NCBI GenBank assembly: GCA_016210055.1
Contig: JACQUZ010000088.1
Location: forward strand, 6,446-70,445
Direction of reading: 5' to 3'
Length of the DNA: 64,000 nt
Source of the DNA: Deltaproteobacteria bacterium
Lineage (GTDB): Bacteria; Myxococcota_A; Polyangia; Haliangiales; SHYZ01
Position numbers and translations under genes: made by a program. Each line of letters starts with the position of its first letter. Position 1 is the first letter of the stretch. Under the pieces are notes generated by a model. The model saw only the letters and a program-made list of their open reading frames with translations. It made no database searches and was not told the origin of the DNA. Below are positions 17,377-26,775 of this stretch, one piece after another.

Positions 17377-18651
17377 CTACTCTGCTTTCGTCCCCCCACG
17401 GTATTGCTCCCGCAGGAGATCCTGCCTGTTTCCCATGGGCTGCGGTGCTCCTCCGATCCATGCCTTTTCGGCACGGGTGGAGAGCTCGAATGGATCACCT
17501 GACCAGAGCACCAGGTCTGCCGCCGCCCCTTCCTTCAAGACGCCGCGCCCCTTGAGCCCGAAAAGCGCAGCGGGAACCGACGTCACTGCGGCCAGCGCAT
17601 CGTCCCACGACAGGCCCTGGGCTACCGCGTTCCCTGCCGCCTGGCGTAGGGTCCGGACCATCATCGCCTCTTCCATGGTCGATAGGGCGACCGCGACCCC
17701 AGCTTGGACCAAGATCGCCGCCGCGTCGTCGCGCACGTGCACGCGGTCGAACGAGCTCGGGAGGTTTTCCATGGGGTTCAAGATCACCGGCACCTTGGCC
17801 CGGGCAAGATGAGTCGCAACCATCCAGGCTTCGGTCCCTCCAGCAATGATGACGCGCACGTTCAATTCGGTAGCGAGCTTCACCGCGGCCATGATGTCAG
17901 CGGCCCGGTCCACGCGCACGACCAGCGGTAGCTTTCCCTGGACGACCTGAGCAAGCGCTTCAAGGTCGAGACGACTGGCAGCGAGCCTTCGCATTTGATT
18001 CCGTTCGAAGGCATCCCGCCTTCGCGAGTACTGTGCGGCGTCGTCCAGGAGCTCACGGAGCCGCTCCAGGGCCTTACCGCGCGAACCCGATGCGCTGGCA
18101 AGTGCTTCTTCCCCAAGAGCCACGTGCATGGCAACCGGGTCCAAAACGGTGACTTCCTTTAGCGTTCGATCGTGGCCAAGCGTGACCCACGCTGACATCC
18201 CAGATACCAGTCCTCCGCGGGGGACCGTGATCACTTGGGTGACACCTCCCGCCCGGGCCACGGGTATCGCTATCGACGCGGGGTTGTAACCGTCCGTGAC
18301 TCGGTACGCGGCATGCACTGCGCTTTCGCCGCCCGGAAATGCCCCTTCGTTGGTGGACTTGACGAGCCCCACTTCGACGAGCCCAAGCACGGTGAACGAG
18401 TCTACGAGCCCGGCTGTGACCACCTTCCCCGTTCCATCGATTCGTCGGGTGCCCGCTGGGACCTGGACGCTGTTCCCCACGGCGGCGATTACGCCGTCCT
18501 TGATGAGGACGGTGGCACGCTCGAGTTTTTTTCCTCGCTCCACGTGCACGGTGGCGTTTTCTATGGCGACTGCCTCCGTCGCAGCGTGAGCTGCGTGAAC
18601 CGCTCCGGACATGGCGAGTGCAAGGATAATGAGCGACTGGAATGGCTTCAT
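17377..18651 (-). CDS. Secreted amidohydrolase-family protein, probably non-catalytic partner
   Basis: Signal peptide from MKPFQ; IDGTGKVVTAGLVDSFT (HxH absent); GAAADLVLWSGDPFE; ATGA overlap. Confidence 0.85.
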   Translation of the reverse strand: MKPFQSLIILALAMSGAVHAAHAATEAVAIENATVHVERGKKLERATVLIKDGVIAAVGNSVQVPAGTRRIDGTGKVVTAGLVDSFTVLGLVEVGLVKSTNEGAFPGGESAVHAAYRVTDGYNPASIAIPVARAGGVTQVITVPRGGLVSGMSAWVTLGHDRTLKEVTVLDPVAMHVALGEEALASASGSRGKALERLRELLDDAAQYSRRRDAFERNQMRRLAASRLDLEALAQVVQGKLPLVVRVDRAADIMAAVKLATELNVRVIIAGGTEAWMVATHLARAKVPVILNPMENLPSSFDRVHVRDDAAAILVQAGVAVALSTMEEAMMVRTLRQAAGNAVAQGLSWDDALAAVTSVPAALFGLKGRGVLKEGAAADLVLWSGDPFELSTRAEKAWIGGAPQPMGNRQDLLREQYRGGTKAE

Positions 18652-20183
18652 GGGGCAGCTCCTTCTCGCGCTGAGTTGCCGATCTCGAAGTCCGTGGGAC
18701 GGCGCCCCACCCGGCGGTCGAATACCTTGCGTCCGCGCACAAGGACAAGATCCGGGCGTGAGTAGACGGAAAACGGATGGCCGCTCCAAAGGACGACGTC
18801 AGCGCGCTTGCCCACCTCGAGCGTACCCGTGACCTTCTCGATCCCAAGGACCCACGCGGGGTTCGCGGTAATCCAGCGGAGCGCCTCGTCTTCACTGATC
18901 GGAATCCCAGCCGCACGCCCTGCATTCATTGCCTTTGCAGCTTCCTGGTTCAGGCGCTGAATACCCAGCGACGAATCAGAATGAATAACCGCGCGGCCTC
19001 CGGCTTGGGAGAAGAGCGCGGCGTTCTCGGGGATTCCATCGAGCGCCTCCATCTTGAAGCCCCACCAGTCGGCCCAGGTCGAGACCGCGATCCCGTGGCT
19101 CACCAGCACGTCCCGGATCTTGTACGCGTCGAGGGCGTGGTGAAACGAGCGGATGCCAAACCCGAGCTCATCCGCTAGGGCCACGAGCTGGAGCATGTCA
19201 CTCGCGCGATAGCAGTGGAGCTGCACGAGGGTATTCCCCTCGAGGACATCCGCAAGTACCTCGAGCCGCTCGTCACGCGGCGGCGGGCTAGGCGCAGGTA
19301 CTGGCTTTACACGATCGGGCTTTCCCGCGGCCTTGGCCTGGTCGTCCAGCTCTGCGGCTCGCGCCCGTTTCCTTTCCCACAGGGCCCGTTCACGCTTGTA
19401 CGTCGAGAGCTTTGCTCGATGCTCGGCCGCTTCGAAAAAGATCGCGCGCAACGTGGCAAGTTCGCCCATCCGTGTCTTTGGCCCCCCTTTTTCCCCATGA
19501 AGGCGCTTCGGGTTCTCTCCGCAGGCCATCTTGAGGGTAGGGGGTGCATCTGGAAAGCGAACGTCTCCCGCCCCACGTCCCAGGCGCATTTCCACGGTGA
19601 GGCCAAGCCCGCCGATGAGGTTCGCCGATCCCGGAAGGATTTGGGCCACCGTCACTCCGCCCGCGCTCGCACGGGTAATCGCCGGATCTTGGGGCCAGTA
19701 CGCGGACACCACGGAGGCGCTGGGCGTCACGACCTCGGACATCTCATTCCCATCGCTGTTCGCGTCTACCCACGGGGCGGGGTACACGCCAACATGCGAA
19801 TGGGTATCGATGATCCCGGGCGTGACGAATTTCCCCTGGGCATTGATTTCCTCGGCACCGGGTGGGGCAGGGGTAGAGTTGTCGCCCACGGCTGCAATCA
19901 CATCGCTCTTGAGCACGATGGTGCCGTCCTCGATCCGGCGACCAGTCGCGGTGAGGATTGTCGCGTGGCGAAGAACCAACGCGGGGTGGGCGGGTTCTTG
20001 CGTGGCCAACTGGGGGGAAGGGCGTGGCTTGGGGAACGCTGGCTCGGGGTCATGCCAGTCCTCTTCCTTGATATCTAGCTCGATGCTCTCGTTCTTGTCC
20101 GGCGTGGTCGGTGCTGGCGGAGCTTTTTGGCAGCTCACGAGCCCACCCGCGAGCAGAAGGGGGAGAACGCCCGGTGTGCGCAT
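18648..20183 (-). CDS. Amidohydrolase-family lipoprotein
   Basis: Lipobox LVSC; TPGIIDTHSH, LKMACGENPK, HCY, FHH, IHSD, GKRADVVLW. Confidence 0.9.
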   Translation of the reverse strand: MRTPGVLPLLLAGGLVSCQKAPPAPTTPDKNESIELDIKEEDWHDPEPAFPKPRPSPQLATQEPAHPALVLRHATILTATGRRIEDGTIVLKSDVIAAVGDNSTPAPPGAEEINAQGKFVTPGIIDTHSHVGVYPAPWVDANSDGNEMSEVVTPSASVVSAYWPQDPAITRASAGGVTVAQILPGSANLIGGLGLTVEMRLGRGAGDVRFPDAPPTLKMACGENPKRLHGEKGGPKTRMGELATLRAIFFEAAEHRAKLSTYKRERALWERKRARAAELDDQAKAAGKPDRVKPVPAPSPPPRDERLEVLADVLEGNTLVQLHCYRASDMLQLVALADELGFGIRSFHHALDAYKIRDVLVSHGIAVSTWADWWGFKMEALDGIPENAALFSQAGGRAVIHSDSSLGIQRLNQEAAKAMNAGRAAGIPISEDEALRWITANPAWVLGIEKVTGTLEVGKRADVVLWSGHPFSVYSRPDLVLVRGRKVFDRRVGRRPTDFEIGNSAREGAAP

Positions 20184-20381
20184 GGCGCCGCGTTTTAGCA
20201 AATATGTGGTGCGCTTGCTACAAGCGCCGGCCGACCCGTCTGGAATGCTTGGGGTATGGAAAAATGCGCTGTGACAGGAATGCACTGTTCAGCGGGGTGG
20301 GATGACCCGGCCGGCGACCCGAGTAGCCATGGAGAGTACGTCATTTCAGCGTGTTAGGTCGCAGCCGCGTTGGTCTGAAGG

Positions 20382-20759
20382 TTGCTACTCCGGAGTGATG
20401 TGTCGGTTACTAGCGTAGATGAAGCGACTCAGACGGACTGGGTGACCGGGTTGGCGCAAGCCACATTGGTTCTCAACCTCCTGGACGGCGTATTCACCCT
20501 TCTCGTGGTCTTGTCTGGGCTAGCGGTAGAGGCGAACCCATTGATGGGACGACTCTTGGACCTCGGCCCGGTCCAGTTCATGGTAGGCAAGACGGCCCTC
20601 GTATCCATGGGAGTCTGGCTGCTGTGGCGGATGCGTTCCAATCGCCTCGCCGTAGCAGGTCTCATGGCCACCATGGTGGTTTACGCCCTCCTCGTCCTTT
20701 ACCATATCCAAGCGACGACCTTTGGGACCGACACCCTTTGGTCCGTGCTCCTCCCGTGA
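20382..20759 (+). CDS. Small membrane protein, DUF5658-like
   Basis: LNLLDGVFT, EANPLM, F..GK, 3 TM helices; start uncertain. Confidence 0.75.
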   Translation: MLLRSDVSVTSVDEATQTDWVTGLAQATLVLNLLDGVFTLLVVLSGLAVEANPLMGRLLDLGPVQFMVGKTALVSMGVWLLWRMRSNRLAVAGLMATMVVYALLVLYHIQATTFGTDTLWSVLLP

Positions 20760-20824
20760 ACCAACCCCATACCTTCTCCTGGATTAGGTAGACCTGCCTC
20801 CATAGGTTGGCGATACTAGGGCGG

Positions 20825-23800
20825 ATGCGCGCAGGTGATGTGGTCGCCGAGCGCTTCGAGCTCGAGAGCCTCGCGGCGACGGGGGGCATGGGAGTGGTCT
20901 GGAAGGCTAGGGACCGCCATGCAGGTGCGCCCGTAGCCCTAAAGATCCTCCAAACCCAGAGCTCGGGCCGGGCTGACCGCTTCCAGCGTGAGGCGCGGGT
21001 GCTGGCCGAGCTGTCACACCCAGGAATCGTGCGGTATATCGCCCACGGAACCACGATGCCAGGCGAGCAGTACCTGGCCATGGAGTGGCTCGAAGGCGAG
21101 GATTTATCCGAGCACTTGGCCCGTGAGCAGCTCTCGGTCGCCGACTCCATTGTCCTCGCAGGACGAGTTGCCGAGGCCTTGGCAATTGCCCACTCGCACG
21201 GAATCGTCCATCGGGACATCAAGCCGAGCAACCTGTTCCTCCCCGATGCGGATATCCAACGCGTCAAGATCCTCGATTTCGGCGTGGCGCGGTTTACCCG
21301 AGCCCTCGATTCCGCCACGCGAACCGGGAATCGCGTAGGCACGCCAAGGTACATGGCGCCCGAGCAGGTGCGCGGCGCCAAGGACCTCGACGCGCGCGCG
21401 GACGTTTTCGCCCTCGCCTGCGTCCTTTACGCGTGCTTGGTCGGTCGCCCTGCGTTTGTGGGCGAGGACGAAATGGCGGTGCTCGCCAAGATTCTCCTCG
21501 AGGAACCGCCGCGGGTGTCGGAGCTTCGCACCGGCATCCCCCGCGAGCTCGAGGCCCTCCTCGTGCGCATGCTGTCAAAGGATCGCAAGGGACGGCCGAA
21601 GGACGGCGCGGCAGTGGCGGCAGAGCTGGCCCTGATCAGCGCAGTGTCTGTCGGCGACTTGTCGCCAGCTCGTTCTCGAAGCGAAGCTCTTACAGAGGGG
21701 GAGCAGCGACTCCTGAGCGTCATCCTGGTAGGGAGGCAAGACCGTTCGCCAGAGAATCCCGCACTCTCGATCTCGGTCCCCGAGTGGGGTGAAATGGCCC
21801 AGAGGACCCGTGAGCTCACCGCAGCAGCGCACCGCCACGGCGCTCGCCTCGAGGAGCTGGCCGACGGATCTGTGGTCGTGACCGTGGCTGGGCGGGGCAT
21901 GGCAACGGACCAGGCGGCCCAAGCTTCTCGCTGCGCGCTGGCCATGCGGGCGATCGCTCCGCACAGCCCCATGGCGCTCGCAACTGGCCGGGGCGTCGTC
22001 TTGGGTCGGCTCCCCGTCGGGGAAGTCCTGGACCGTGCGGCGCGAATCATGCGCGCCTGGATGCGGCGTGAGAGGAGCGGCCCTGCCGCAACGGGTGGGG
22101 TGGCGGCAAGCGCGGCCATTCCGATTGACGAGGTGACCGCCGGGCTCTTGGACACCCGCTTTGACGTGGGCGGGGACGACGATGGGCTACTGCTCAGGGC
22201 GGAGCGAGACATCGCGGAGTTCCACAGGACGCTCCTAGGTCGTCCGAGCGCCTGCGTTGGGCGGGAGAGGGACCTCGGTATCCTCGTCGGGATTTTTGAT
22301 GAATGCGTCTCCGAGCCGGTGGCGCGGGCGGTTCTCATCACGGCGCCTGCAGGCGTTGGGAAGTCCCGCCTGCGCTACGAGTTCTTGCGCAAGATTCGGC
22401 AGCGCGGGGAATCCGTCGAAATCCTCATCGGCCGGGGCGACCCCATGCGTGCGGGCTCCCCCTTCGGCATGATTGCACCTGCCCTCCGCCGGACGGCGGG
22501 CGTCTTGGACGGTGAGCCCTTGGACGTGCGGCGCCGCAAGCTGGCGGCCCGGGCCGCACGGCATGTACCCGTGTCTGAGCGTCCACGGGTCGCCGAGTTC
22601 CTAGGCGAGCTGGTCGGGATTCCCTTTCCCGACGAGGACAGCGTCCAGCTCCGCTCGGCGCGAAAGGACGCCATGCTCATGGGCGACCAAATGCGCCGCG
22701 CGTGGGAGGATTGGCTGGCGGCCGAGTGCGACGCGCAGCCCGTCCTGGTTGTTCTTGAGGACCTACACTGGGGCGATGTACCGACGGTGAAATTCATCGA
22801 CTCGGCCTTGCGCAACCTGGAGGACTGTCGTCTCATGGTCCTCGCCCTGTCGCGGCCCGAGGTGCACGACCTCTTCCCGAAGCTTTGGGCAGGCCGACCG
22901 GTGACCGACATCCAGCTCGGCCAGCTCACGCGCAAGGCCTCGGAGAAGCTCATTCGCGAGGCGCTGGGCAAGCGCGCCACGCCCGAGGTGATCGGCGGCA
23001 TCGTCGAGCGGGCCCAGGGGAACGCCTTTTTCCTGGAGGAGCTCACCCGATCCGTGGCAGAAAGCGGCGAGACCGCGTTGCCAGGCACCGTGCTCGCCAT
23101 GCTGCAGGCGCGCCTCGAATCTCTGCCCGCCGAAGCGCGGCGCGTCTTACGTGCTGGGAGCGTTTTCGGCCAGGTGTTTTGGCATGCGGGCGTCGTGGCG
23201 CTTCTCGGTGGGGAAGGGGCAGCTGCCCAAGCCGACGAGTGGTTGCAGGAGCTCGTGGAGCGCGAGGTGATCACCCGGCGAACGGAAGGGCGCTTCCCAG
23301 GGCAGGTGGAGCACGTGTTTCGGCACGCCCTCCTTAGGGACGCGTCATATGCCATGCTCACGGATCGAGATCTTGCGCTGGGGCACAGGCTCGCCGGCAA
23401 GTGGCTCGAGCAAGTGGGGGAGAGCGACGCCATGCTCTTGGCCGAGCACTTCGAGAGGGGCCAGGAGCCGACGAGGGCGATCGCGTTCTTCCGCCGTGCC
23501 GCGGAGCAGGCACTCGAGGGGCACGACATCAAGCAGGTCATTATCCGTGCGGAGCGGGGCCTCTCGCTTGGCGCTACGGGCGACGGGCTAGGGGCGCTCA
23601 AGCACCTCCAAGCCATGGCGCATGAGTGGTGCGGCGACAACGCCGAGGCCGAGACCTGCGGTCTCGAGGCCATGAAGTGGCTCCGAAGGGGCAGCCCACT
23701 ATGGTACGACGCTGCGGCCGAGGTGGCCATGGTCAGCGGTCGCCTCGGCAACTACAAGAGGCTCTTGGCACTTTCACACGCACTCCTCGAGATGGGGAAC

Positions 23801-24757
23801 GGCAGCGAAGCCACCGGTTCCAGCGTCATCGCCCTGTGCGTCACGGCGTCAGAGCTCGTGCAGGCAGGGCAGCGAGAGCTGGCTGACGCGCTTCTGGCTA
23901 GGGCTAGGGAGACAGGCGCCGAAATCTCGCAGCGAGAGCCGGCGGCCAGAGGCTGGCTGCACCGGGTCCAGTCCACGCGCGCCCTCATCCTTGGCGATCC
24001 GGCGGCCTGCTTGCACCACGCCGAGCTATCTGCCCAGTCGTTTGCCGAGGCTGGCGACTTGCGGAACGCATGGTGTACCGGCCAGGTCAATGCGGGCCTC
24101 GCATGCTTGGAGATCGGCGATTACGCCCAGGCAGAGCGTGCCTTGAGGGATGCCCTGGCTACTGCCGAGCGACTCGGCGTGCAGCAGACTGCCTCGGTCG
24201 CCAAGCAATACCTCGGGCTTGCCTTGGCACGCATGGGCTCCCTCGAGCAGGCGCGCCTGGTCGAGACGTCTGCGCTCGAGGAATTCACGGCATACGGCGA
24301 TCAGCGATGCGCCGGAATGGCGCGGATCTACCTGGCCCAGATCCTGGAGTGGTGGGGGGATCTCGGTGAGGCCGAACGCGAGGCGCGTGGGGCGTGCGAG
24401 CTCCTTAGGCCCGCACCGCGCACCCAAGCCCATGCGCTCGCGGTCTTGTCGCACGTTCTTCTTGCGGGCGGGCGGACAAATGAGGCCCGGGCCACGTCGG
24501 CACAGGCCTTGGCCATGTTGGAGGCGCTGGGTGGAATCGACGAAGGGGAGGTCCTCTTGCGCCTGGTCGATGCCCAGGCTCGACGCCAGGCGGGCGACAA
24601 GAGCTCCGCACGGGCGGCCATCCTCGAAGCACGCGACAAGCTCCTTGCCCGAGCCGAAAAAATCGGCGATACCGCATCTCGTCAGAGCTTCCTGGAGCGA
24701 GTCCCAGAAAATGCGCTCACCCTTGAGCTGGCCCGGGACTGGTTCGAAGAAAATTGA
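20825..24757 (+). CDS. Ser/Thr kinase - degenerate cyclase-like domain - AAA/STAND ATPase - TPR protein
   Basis: GGMGVVW, VALK, HRDIKPSN, DFG, GTPRYMAPE; CVGRERD, APAGVGKS (Walker A), LEDLHWGD, GNAFFLEEL; helical repeats. Confidence 0.92.
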   Translation: MRAGDVVAERFELESLAATGGMGVVWKARDRHAGAPVALKILQTQSSGRADRFQREARVLAELSHPGIVRYIAHGTTMPGEQYLAMEWLEGEDLSEHLAREQLSVADSIVLAGRVAEALAIAHSHGIVHRDIKPSNLFLPDADIQRVKILDFGVARFTRALDSATRTGNRVGTPRYMAPEQVRGAKDLDARADVFALACVLYACLVGRPAFVGEDEMAVLAKILLEEPPRVSELRTGIPRELEALLVRMLSKDRKGRPKDGAAVAAELALISAVSVGDLSPARSRSEALTEGEQRLLSVILVGRQDRSPENPALSISVPEWGEMAQRTRELTAAAHRHGARLEELADGSVVVTVAGRGMATDQAAQASRCALAMRAIAPHSPMALATGRGVVLGRLPVGEVLDRAARIMRAWMRRERSGPAATGGVAASAAIPIDEVTAGLLDTRFDVGGDDDGLLLRAERDIAEFHRTLLGRPSACVGRERDLGILVGIFDECVSEPVARAVLITAPAGVGKSRLRYEFLRKIRQRGESVEILIGRGDPMRAGSPFGMIAPALRRTAGVLDGEPLDVRRRKLAARAARHVPVSERPRVAEFLGELVGIPFPDEDSVQLRSARKDAMLMGDQMRRAWEDWLAAECDAQPVLVVLEDLHWGDVPTVKFIDSALRNLEDCRLMVLALSRPEVHDLFPKLWAGRPVTDIQLGQLTRKASEKLIREALGKRATPEVIGGIVERAQGNAFFLEELTRSVAESGETALPGTVLAMLQARLESLPAEARRVLRAGSVFGQVFWHAGVVALLGGEGAAAQADEWLQELVEREVITRRTEGRFPGQVEHVFRHALLRDASYAMLTDRDLALGHRLAGKWLEQVGESDAMLLAEHFERGQEPTRAIAFFRRAAEQALEGHDIKQVIIRAERGLSLGATGDGLGALKHLQAMAHEWCGDNAEAETCGLEAMKWLRRGSPLWYDAAAEVAMVSGRLGNYKRLLALSHALLEMGNGSEATGSSVIALCVTASELVQAGQRELADALLARARETGAEISQREPAARGWLHRVQSTRALILGDPAACLHHAELSAQSFAEAGDLRNAWCTGQVNAGLACLEIGDYAQAERALRDALATAERLGVQQTASVAKQYLGLALARMGSLEQARLVETSALEEFTAYGDQRCAGMARIYLAQILEWWGDLGEAEREARGACELLRPAPRTQAHALAVLSHVLLAGGRTNEARATSAQALAMLEALGGIDEGEVLLRLVDAQARRQAGDKSSARAAILEARDKLLARAEKIGDTASRQSFLERVPENALTLELARDWFEEN

Positions 24758-24765
24758 GACCACAA

Positions 24766-25566
24766 ATGCCCCACGTTCCCAAAATGTCGACAAGGCGCAA
24801 GCTCGCGATCGCCACCTGGAACGCCCCGCGTGAGGGGAGCATCTTTGGCAGGCTGACGGTCAACGCCACGGCGCTCCTCGCGTACCTGGAAGGACTTCGT
24901 CACGCGAGCGGAGAAAAGGTGACCATCACCCATCTCGTTGGAAAGGCAATTGCGGAGGCCCTCAGGCACGCGCCATCGCTGAACGGTCGGATCTCGCTCG
25001 GCCGCTTTGTGCCCCACGAGACCATAGACATCGCCTTCCTGGTGGCCATGGAAGAAGGCGCCGACTTGGCAAAGGCCAAGGTGGCGTCGGTAGACAAGAA
25101 ATCGGTGGTGGACATTGCGCGAGAGCTGCGGGCCATGGCCGAGCGCCTGCGCAGGCGTCGAGATCAAGACTTCGAAAAAAGCACGAACGTGCTGCGGTGG
25201 CTTCCGACCTGGATCATCAAGCCGCTCACCCGTGTCTTCGGTTGGTTATCGGGCGCCCTCGGTATTTCCGCTCGCATGCTTGGACTCGAGCGATTCCCAT
25301 TCGGCTCGTGCATCGTCACGAACGTGGGCATGTTTGGGATCGACGAAGGGTTCGCCCCGCTCGTCCCGTTCGCCCACGTCCCCATGGTCGTGCTCGTCGG
25401 TGCGGTGAGCGAGAAGCCTGCCGTGGTGGACGGCCACGTCGTTGCGCAGCCCCAGCTGACGCTCACTGCGACCATCGACCATAGGTACATCGAGGGGTAC
25501 CACCTGGCGACCGTGGCCCGGGTCGTCAAGGATCACCTGGAAAACCCCGACAAGTTCGCTTCCTGA
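24766..25566 (+). CDS. Stand-alone 2-oxoacid dehydrogenase E2-type acyltransferase catalytic domain
   Basis: FGSCIVTNVG, VGAVSEKPAV, TIDHRYIEG; no lipoyl domain. Confidence 0.85.
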   Translation: MPHVPKMSTRRKLAIATWNAPREGSIFGRLTVNATALLAYLEGLRHASGEKVTITHLVGKAIAEALRHAPSLNGRISLGRFVPHETIDIAFLVAMEEGADLAKAKVASVDKKSVVDIARELRAMAERLRRRRDQDFEKSTNVLRWLPTWIIKPLTRVFGWLSGALGISARMLGLERFPFGSCIVTNVGMFGIDEGFAPLVPFAHVPMVVLVGAVSEKPAVVDGHVVAQPQLTLTATIDHRYIEGYHLATVARVVKDHLENPDKFAS

Positions 25567-25578
25567 GGGGGAATCAAA

Positions 25579-26355
25579 GTGCGCATCGCCCTTGTTCGTG
25601 GCATTCCCGATAGCTTTTCGGAGAGCTTGAAGCTCGAAGTGCCTAAGACCCCCATCCACGTGGGGCGAGCCAAGGAGCAGCACGGCAGGTACGTCGCCGA
25701 GCTCATGCGCCTCGTGGACCGCGTCATCGAGATCCCTGCCGACCCACGCTTCCCCGACTGCTGTTTCGTCGAGGACACGGCCGTTGTCGCTGGCGACAGG
25801 GCCGTAATCACCCGTCCCGGCGCGCCTTCACGCAATGGCGAACAGGAGCAGGTCGGTGTGGTGCTCGGCAGTCTAGGGCTCGCGACAACCGCGATGACCC
25901 CGCCCGCCACTCTCGACGGAGGGGACGTGCTCCGGGTGGGAAATCATGTCTTCGTCGGTCGTTCGAGCCGGACGAACGAAGCGGGCATCGAGCAACTCGC
26001 CAGGGTATTTTGCGACTACCAAGTCCATGCGGTTCCCGTCGATTACGGGCTCCACCTGAAGTCCATGCTGAGCCTGGTCGGGGAGTGGAACGTCGCGGTG
26101 GCGCGCTGCCCGGCTGGCGAGCGCGCGGCGCACGTGATCAAAGACAAGGTCCCCGACATGCGATTCACGTGGTTGCCTGATCTGCATGCCGCGAATTGCT
26201 TGCTCATCGGCGAAAACCTGATCCACCTCGCCGGGTATCCCGCGAGCCGCGGCGTGCTCGAAGGCACGGGCAAGACTCTCCTCGGACTCGACATGGGAGA
26301 GCTCGAGAAGGCCGACGGCGGGCTGACGTGCTTGTCGATCGTGGTTGAGCGCTAG
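25579..26355 (+). CDS. Dimethylarginine dimethylaminohydrolase (amidinotransferase family)
   Basis: FPDCCFVEDTAV, TRPGAPSRNGE, LDGGDVL, LHLKS, DGGLTCLS. Confidence 0.92.
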   Translation: MRIALVRGIPDSFSESLKLEVPKTPIHVGRAKEQHGRYVAELMRLVDRVIEIPADPRFPDCCFVEDTAVVAGDRAVITRPGAPSRNGEQEQVGVVLGSLGLATTAMTPPATLDGGDVLRVGNHVFVGRSSRTNEAGIEQLARVFCDYQVHAVPVDYGLHLKSMLSLVGEWNVAVARCPAGERAAHVIKDKVPDMRFTWLPDLHAANCLLIGENLIHLAGYPASRGVLEGTGKTLLGLDMGELEKADGGLTCLSIVVER

Positions 26356-26361
26356 CGAATC

Positions 26362-26760
26362 CTATCCCGCATCCGGGCAGTGCGGCGGTGCGCCGTCGCG
26401 GTTGCCTGGCTGCACATCGTGGCAGGGACCGGGAGGAGCGCCTGCGGCATCCGAGTGATCCACGGGTCCATCCATGTCCGCGTCGCCGCCCGCTGCGTCT
26501 TCGGAGCCCGCGTCGATGCTACCGTCGCCGTCGCTGCCATCGTCCACTCCGCCATCGTCGGATGGCATGGCATCTGGACGAGGCGAGGCGTCGGGCGTCC
26601 AAGGGGCACCGTCCGAGCTCGTGCTCGCGTCCCTGCTACCGGGATCATGGCCTGCGTCAGGCCCTTGCCAGGGCGGCATGTGCTGGTCGCAGCCCGGGCA
26701 ACCTCCAAGGAGGAACCCGAGCACCAGGGCCAAGAATCCGTTGATTTTCCAGGACATCAT
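26362..26760 (-). CDS. Low-complexity Asp/Gly/Pro-rich lipoprotein
   Basis: GGAG RBS; lipobox LLGGC; repeated PDA/DAG/DGG motifs. Confidence 0.65.
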   Translation of the reverse strand: MMSWKINGFLALVLGFLLGGCPGCDQHMPPWQGPDAGHDPGSRDASTSSDGAPWTPDASPRPDAMPSDDGGVDDGSDGDGSIDAGSEDAAGGDADMDGPVDHSDAAGAPPGPCHDVQPGNRDGAPPHCPDAG

Positions 26761-26775
26761 GGTTTCTCCACTCGC

